Part shown: one piece after another, positions 7,423 to 11,737 of the stretch | Layout of the letters: the number at the start of each line of letters is the position of its first letter | Numbering within the stretch: position 1 is the first letter of the stretch | NCBI GenBank assembly: GCA_031366795.1 | Contig: JANLOX010000332.1 | Coordinates: 1 to 11,737, forward strand | Reading direction: 5' to 3' | Source: Candidatus Eiseniibacteriota bacterium | Lineage (GTDB): Bacteria; Eisenbacteria; RBG-16-71-46 | DNA length: 11,737 nt | Program-made: the position numbers and the translations under genes | The notes under the pieces: model-generated | What the model was told of the DNA's origin: nothing | Database searches by the model: none | Seen by the model: the letters and a program-made list of their open reading frames with translations, nothing else

Positions 7423-7895
7423 GCCGTGAGCCGCGTTGGATCGCCAGGCAATCCGTGCTGGCGATCCACGAGCTGCTGCTGTCGGAGCATGGCGGAGCGC
7501 CGGGGCACCGCGATCTCGGGTTGCTCGACGCCGCCCTTGCCAATCCCCGGAATCGATTCGCCTACGAGGGCGCCGACGTCATCCGACTGGCGGCCGCCTA
7601 TGCCCATGCCCTGACGCAGAACCACCCGTTCGCAGATGGCAACAAGCGCGTCGCGCTGACCGTGGCCGGCGTGTTCATGGAGCTCAATGGCTTTCGCCTC
7701 GAAGCGAGCGAGCAGGACGCAGCACAGGCGACGCGAGCCCTGTCCTCGCGCGCGATGAGCGAAGCCGAGTTCGAGCACTGGCTGCGTTTGAATGCTTCCA
7801 AGACTCGCGCAACGCGTAAGCTGACTGCCCGTAAGCCCGCGGCAGAGTCCGGCAAACGCGGAACCAAGATCGGCAAACCCCGCCGTCTGAGGTAG
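7419..7895 (+). CDS. doc: Death-on-curing (Doc, Fic superfamily) type II toxin
   Basis: HPFADGNKR matches the Doc motif HxFx(D/N)(G/A)NKR. N-terminal IHE...HGG..G.RD.GLLDAAL..P pattern. GTG start coupled to the antitoxin stop. Confidence 0.93.
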   Translation: MSREPRWIARQSVLAIHELLLSEHGGAPGHRDLGLLDAALANPRNRFAYEGADVIRLAAAYAHALTQNHPFADGNKRVALTVAGVFMELNGFRLEASEQDAAQATRALSSRAMSEAEFEHWLRLNASKTRATRKLTARKPAAESGKRGTKIGKPRRLR

Positions 7896-7904
7896 ATTGC
7901 GCCG
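7888..7904 (+). promoter_or_regulatory. Putative extended -10 promoter for a leaderless kinase mRNA
   Basis: TGAGG-TAGATT lies exactly 6 nt before the ATG at 7905. The same motif and spacing occur at 2958-2974. GAGG could alternatively act as a distant SD. Confidence 0.45.
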
Positions 7905-10223
7905 ATGCCACTGACCTCCGGCACCCGCCTCGGCACCTACGAAATCGTCGCGCCTCTCGGCGCGGGCGGCATGGGCGAGGTGTACCGCGCGCGCGACACG
8001 CGGCTCGGTCGCGAAGTGGCGCTCAAGGTGCTGCCCGGGAATGTTGCGGCCGACGCCGACCGGCTCGCCCGCTTCGAGCGTGAAGCGCGCACGGTGGCGG
8101 GACTCAGCCACCCGAACATCGTCACCTTGTTCTCGGTCGAGGACGAGGATGGCATCCGCTTCCTCACGATGGAGCTGATCGAGGGCCAGAGCCTCGACCA
8201 GCAGGTGACGCCCGGCGGCCTGGCGCTGGCGCGCGTGCTCGATCTCGCCGTGCCGCTCGCGGACGCGCTGGCGGCGGCGCACGAGCGCGGTGTGGTGCAT
8301 CGCGACCTCAAGCCCGCGAACGTGATGGTGACGCGCGAGGGTCGCGTGAAGGTGCTCGACTTTGGGCTCGCGAAGACCGGCTCGACACCGCAGGGGACGG
8401 ATGCAACGCAAGCGGCGACCGTCGCCACGCCGCTCTCGACTGAAGGTCAGGTCATGGGCACCGTTCCCTACATGGCGCCCGAACAGATTCGCGGCGAAGC
8501 AGCCGATGCGCGCACGGACTTGTTCGCGCTGGGCATCATGCTCTACGAGTTGCTCGCGGGACGCCGGCCATTTTCCGGTGCCAGTTCCGCGGATGTGAGC
8601 TCAGCGATTCTGCGCGACCTGCCGCAACCCGTGCGCGTGGCGCGCGCAGACCTCCCGGCAGATATCGAACGCATCGTCGGACGCTGCCTCGAGAAGGACC
8701 CGGAGCGGCGCTTCCAGACGGCGAAGGATGTGCGCAACGAGCTCGAGCTGGTGCGGCGATCACTCGCCCCAAACGCGTCCTCCGCCACGACTCGCATGCG
8801 CTTCGCCGCTGCGCCCGCGCAGGACGTGCCCTCGATCGCCGTACTGCCTTTCGTGAGCCGCAGCCGCGACGAAGAGGACGCGTACTTCGCCGAGGGTCTG
8901 GCCGATGAACTGCTCAACGTGCTGGCGAAGATCCGCGGCCTGCGCGTCGCGGCGCGCACTTCGTCGGCCCAGTTCAAAGGCACCACCGATGACCTCGCGA
9001 CAATCGGCCGCAAGCTGAATGTTGTGACGCTGCTCGAGGGCAGCGTGCGCAAGTCCGGCAATCGCGTGCGCATCTCGGTGCAGCTCGTGAAAGTGACAGA
9101 CGGTTACCACCTGTGGTCCGAGACATTCGACCGCACGCTCGAGGACATCTTCGCCGTGCAGGACGACATCGCGCAGTCCGTGGTGAAGGAGTTGCGCACG
9201 ACGCTGATGGGGGCCACTGCCGACTCGAAGGCAAGTGGCGAGGTGAAGGCCGAAGTCGCCGCCGCAGCGCTGGGGCGCGGCTCGGACGCAGAAGCCCACC
9301 GGTTGTTCCTGCAAGGCCGCTACTTCGTCAACCGGCTGGGTGAACAAGACGTCATTCGAGGCAACGCGCTGCTCCGGCAGGCGCTCGCGATCGAACCCGG
9401 GCACGCGCTCGCATGGGCTGCCTTGTCATGGGCGGAAACGTTTGCGGCGATTACCGGCCATAACCAGCTCGACGCGGGCATCGCCCGCGCCCGCGAAGCG
9501 GCGTCGAGGGCGATGGCAATCGAACCCGACCTCGTCGAGGGGCACCTGGCACTCGGCTGGATCAGGGTCTGGTACGACTTCGATTGGAAGGCAGCTGAAT
9601 CCTCTTTCAACCGCGCATTCGAGCTTGCCCCGGGCGACGCGGAAGTCATGCGGGGGGCCGGACTCATGGCGATGATCCAACTGCGCTATGAAAGTGCCCT
9701 GGCGTTGTACTTGCGCGGCCTCGAACAGGATCCGCTGAGCGTTTCGAGCTACACGATGCTCGCGCGTGCGCACAACGGGATGGAACACCTGCCCGAGGCC
9801 GCCGAAGCGTTCCGCAAAGGACTCGAGATCTCGCCGGAGGCGACTTCCATCCGGGCGCTTCGTGCACTGGTGCTCGTCCGAATGGGGGAGTACGAGGAGG
9901 CGCTCGCCGAGGCGTTGGCAGAGCCTGCCGAATGGGCGCGACTGTTCGCCCTGGGAGTCGTCCAGTTCAGCAGCGGCCGTCCTGAAGAGTCGAAGCGTGC
10001 TTTGGATGCCCTGATCGCCTCACACGCAGCAAGCTCCGCCTACCAGATCGCCGTGGTGTTCGCCGTACGCGGTGAGGTTGACTCTGCGTTCGAGTGGCTG
10101 GAGCGGGCCTACGCACAGCGCGACTCGGGTCTCGCGTTCGTGCGCGTGCACTGGCAACTGCGCCCGCTGCACAGCGACCCGCGCTGGCTGACATTCTTAA
10201 AGAAAGTGAGGTTCGTCGGGTAG
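7905..10223 (+). CDS. Cytoplasmic Hanks-type Ser/Thr kinase with a TolB_N-like domain and TPR repeats
   Basis: Kinase motifs GAGGMGEV, VALK, HRDLKPAN, DFG and YMAPE. TolB_N-like domain SIAVLPF...YFAEGLADELLNVL...LRVAARTS...LLEGSVRKSGNRVRISVQL. TPR units ALAIEPG, AFELAPG, LEQDPLS and LEISPE. No TM segment seen. Confidence 0.95.
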   Translation: MPLTSGTRLGTYEIVAPLGAGGMGEVYRARDTRLGREVALKVLPGNVAADADRLARFEREARTVAGLSHPNIVTLFSVEDEDGIRFLTMELIEGQSLDQQVTPGGLALARVLDLAVPLADALAAAHERGVVHRDLKPANVMVTREGRVKVLDFGLAKTGSTPQGTDATQAATVATPLSTEGQVMGTVPYMAPEQIRGEAADARTDLFALGIMLYELLAGRRPFSGASSADVSSAILRDLPQPVRVARADLPADIERIVGRCLEKDPERRFQTAKDVRNELELVRRSLAPNASSATTRMRFAAAPAQDVPSIAVLPFVSRSRDEEDAYFAEGLADELLNVLAKIRGLRVAARTSSAQFKGTTDDLATIGRKLNVVTLLEGSVRKSGNRVRISVQLVKVTDGYHLWSETFDRTLEDIFAVQDDIAQSVVKELRTTLMGATADSKASGEVKAEVAAAALGRGSDAEAHRLFLQGRYFVNRLGEQDVIRGNALLRQALAIEPGHALAWAALSWAETFAAITGHNQLDAGIARAREAASRAMAIEPDLVEGHLALGWIRVWYDFDWKAAESSFNRAFELAPGDAEVMRGAGLMAMIQLRYESALALYLRGLEQDPLSVSSYTMLARAHNGMEHLPEAAEAFRKGLEISPEATSIRALRALVLVRMGEYEEALAEALAEPAEWARLFALGVVQFSSGRPEESKRALDALIASHAASSAYQIAVVFAVRGEVDSAFEWLERAYAQRDSGLAFVRVHWQLRPLHSDPRWLTFLKKVRFVG

Positions 10224-10360
10224 TTGGGAGGAGCAGGTGGGGAGTGCGGGTTCCTGCGACAGGCCTGCATCGGATAGTCTGCGCACCAGCGGTATGCAGT
10301 ACCTTCAGCAGCACGAAGCAAATGGTCCGCGATTCACCAGTCAACTGGGAGGGTAGCGCA

Positions 10361-10948
10361 ATGCGTCGGATAAGATGGATCGGTGTGTTGTTCACGGCCT
10401 CGGCGATCACTCTTTGCCTGTTCTCATTTTCCTGCCAGACCACGCCGTCGAGCACTCCCGCGGCAACCGCGACCACAGCCTCGGTCGACCCCGTCGTGCG
10501 GGGCCGCTACCTCGTGTCGATCATGAGCTGCACCGATTGCCACACGCCCGGCAATTTCTACGGCGCGCCCGACACGCTCCGGCGGCTGTCCGGCAGTGAT
10601 GTCGGCTGGATCGGCCCATGGGGCGTCGTGCACGCGCGAAACCTCACGCCTGACTCGACCGGCATCGGTAGCTGGACGAAGGACGATATCGTAACGGCGA
10701 TCACGACCGGGCACACGCCGAGCGGCGCCCAACTCGCCCCGATCATGCCGTGGATGAACTACTCGGGTGTGCTGGACCACGACGACGCCATGGCGATCGC
10801 CTCGTATCTCAAGAGCCTGCCGCCGATCGTGCACAAGAACCTCGACCGTATCCCGCCGGGGCAGAAGCCCACGGGGCTGAACATCGTGTTCCCGCCACCG
10901 CCCGCGTGGGACGTTCCCCCGCCTCCGGCTGCCGGCGGAGCGAAGTAG
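10361..10948 (+). CDS. Exported monoheme c-type cytochrome (possible lipoprotein), 195 aa
   Basis: Start moved to the ATG at 10361, after GGAGGG. Signal MRRIRWIGVLF...FSFSC, a Thr/Ala linker, RGRYLV..CTDCH, NLTPD..GIG.W and MPW (candidate axial Met), as in dehydrogenase-associated cytochrome c domains. Pro-rich tail. Confidence 0.9.
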   Translation: MRRIRWIGVLFTASAITLCLFSFSCQTTPSSTPAATATTASVDPVVRGRYLVSIMSCTDCHTPGNFYGAPDTLRRLSGSDVGWIGPWGVVHARNLTPDSTGIGSWTKDDIVTAITTGHTPSGAQLAPIMPWMNYSGVLDHDDAMAIASYLKSLPPIVHKNLDRIPPGQKPTGLNIVFPPPPAWDVPPPPAAGGAK

Positions 10949-10961
10949 CAGCATTCGAGGT

Positions 10962-11004
10962 CGGGCAAGGTCCGCGACGGCGAACCGTCGTGGACCTTCG
11001 CCCG
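10962..11004. terminator. Strong GC-rich hairpin between convergent genes (possible terminator or mRNA stabiliser)
   Basis: AAGGTCCGCGACGG-CGAA-CCGTCGTGGACCTT is a 14-bp stem with one G-U pair, extended by CGGGC/GCCCG. It begins 13 nt after the cytochrome stop. No U-tract. Confidence 0.55.
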
Positions 11005-11161
11005 GGCCGCGAACCCATGCCGCCGGTCATAAACTGATCCGCCAGCGCCGCCGTGGACTGATGCTGATACGCATGACGCGGGAGCCGGCGAGGTCGTGTG
11101 ATGGACTACCCTGAACCTGGATGGTCTTTACGCGGCACTCCGGATTGGGTTTGCGGCTTGC

Positions 11162-11569
11162 TCAGGGCTCGACGACGACGAGCATGCCCATCATGCCCTT
11201 TTTCGCATGACCGTCGACGTCACAATGGAAGTGGTACTCGCCGGCGCGGGTGGGGGTGAAGCGCGTCTTCCTCGAGCCATGGAACATCCCGAGCCGCAGG
11301 TCCACGTCGATCCCGGCGTCCGGGGCTTCGCACGAGAAATCGTGCGGGACGATGAACGAGCCGTTCTGAACCGTGAGTTCGACTGGGATGCCGCGCTTGA
11401 CTACCACCCGGTTAGGTTCGAACCAGAACGAATGCGCGGTGACGTGAGCATGCTGCACGTCGCCCGGGCCCATCGTGGCGGTCACCTCGCGCACTGGGCG
11501 GTTGATGCCGGGGGAACATCCGGCGAGGACAGCGGCGCCAGCCAACACAATGAGGGCACGTGACTTCAT
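11162..11569 (-). CDS. Cupredoxin (type 1 copper) domain lipoprotein, 135 aa
   Basis: Start moved to the ATG at 11569, after GGAG. Lipobox LAGC. FEPNRVVVKRG, His in PHDF, and GEYHFHCDVDGHAKKGM provides the Cys-x4-His-x4-Met ligand loop. Confidence 0.9.
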   Translation of the reverse strand: MKSRALIVLAGAAVLAGCSPGINRPVREVTATMGPGDVQHAHVTAHSFWFEPNRVVVKRGIPVELTVQNGSFIVPHDFSCEAPDAGIDVDLRLGMFHGSRKTRFTPTRAGEYHFHCDVDGHAKKGMMGMLVVVEP

Positions 11570-11737
11570 AATTTCTCCGTTCTTGACTGCTCGCGCGAGC
11601 GGCCGGGTAACATCAAGGAGTGGGTGACGACGCAGCCGATTCAAGCTGGAATACTCCACCATGGAGAGGAATTCCAGAAATACGGAGCAACGCCCGCGTG
11701 GGAGATCCCTTCAGCCTGCCGGCGCACTTGAGGTAAA

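Noticed and set aside
7389..8411. 340-aa minus-strand ORF
   Set aside because: Lies antisense to doc and the second kinase. Long stop-free antisense frames are expected at this GC content.
10094..10360. Long N-terminal extension of the cytochrome c ORF (similarly the extensions to 1077, 1418, 2267 and 11662 for other genes)
   Set aside because: Downstream ATGs have clear SD sequences and begin signal peptides; this extension also overlaps the kinase gene.
11005..11161. Unexplained intergenic stretch as a possible sRNA or small ORF
   Set aside because: No recognisable RNA family, RBS-led ORF or strong structure that I can support.

Overview
This is a high-GC bacterial chromosomal window with no rRNA, tRNA, CRISPR array or transposase. 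The FlgD-Ig-tailed secreted protein and the MPL-x-G-x-RLG-x-Y kinases suggest a Ca. Eisenbacteria/Gemmatimonadota/Acidobacteriota-like organism (inference). On the minus strand at the left are a YaiI/YqxD gene running off the window edge, a secreted FlgD-Ig domain protein and a Thivi_2564-like membrane protein. Two back-to-back sigma54-type promoters separate these from a plus-strand run: glycine-zipper secreted protein, signal-peptide-bearing group I truncated globin, alpha/beta hydrolase, Ser/Thr kinase-TM-PD40 propeller, msrB, AbrB/MazE-Doc toxin-antitoxin pair, Ser/Thr kinase-TolB_N-TPR and a monoheme cytochrome c. A cupredoxin lipoprotein converges on the cytochrome. Three observations stand out. 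(1) The hydrolase is preceded by the promoter and first 9 codons of a kinase paralog (MPLSVGTRL*), whose stop overlaps a GTG start, so it looks like a kinase-hydrolase fusion that lost its kinase domain. (2) A TGAGGTARA leaderless-promoter-like motif occurs three times. (3) The exported truncated globin has a non-canonical distal pocket (Ser B10, Met E10, Arg E11 by eye alignment).
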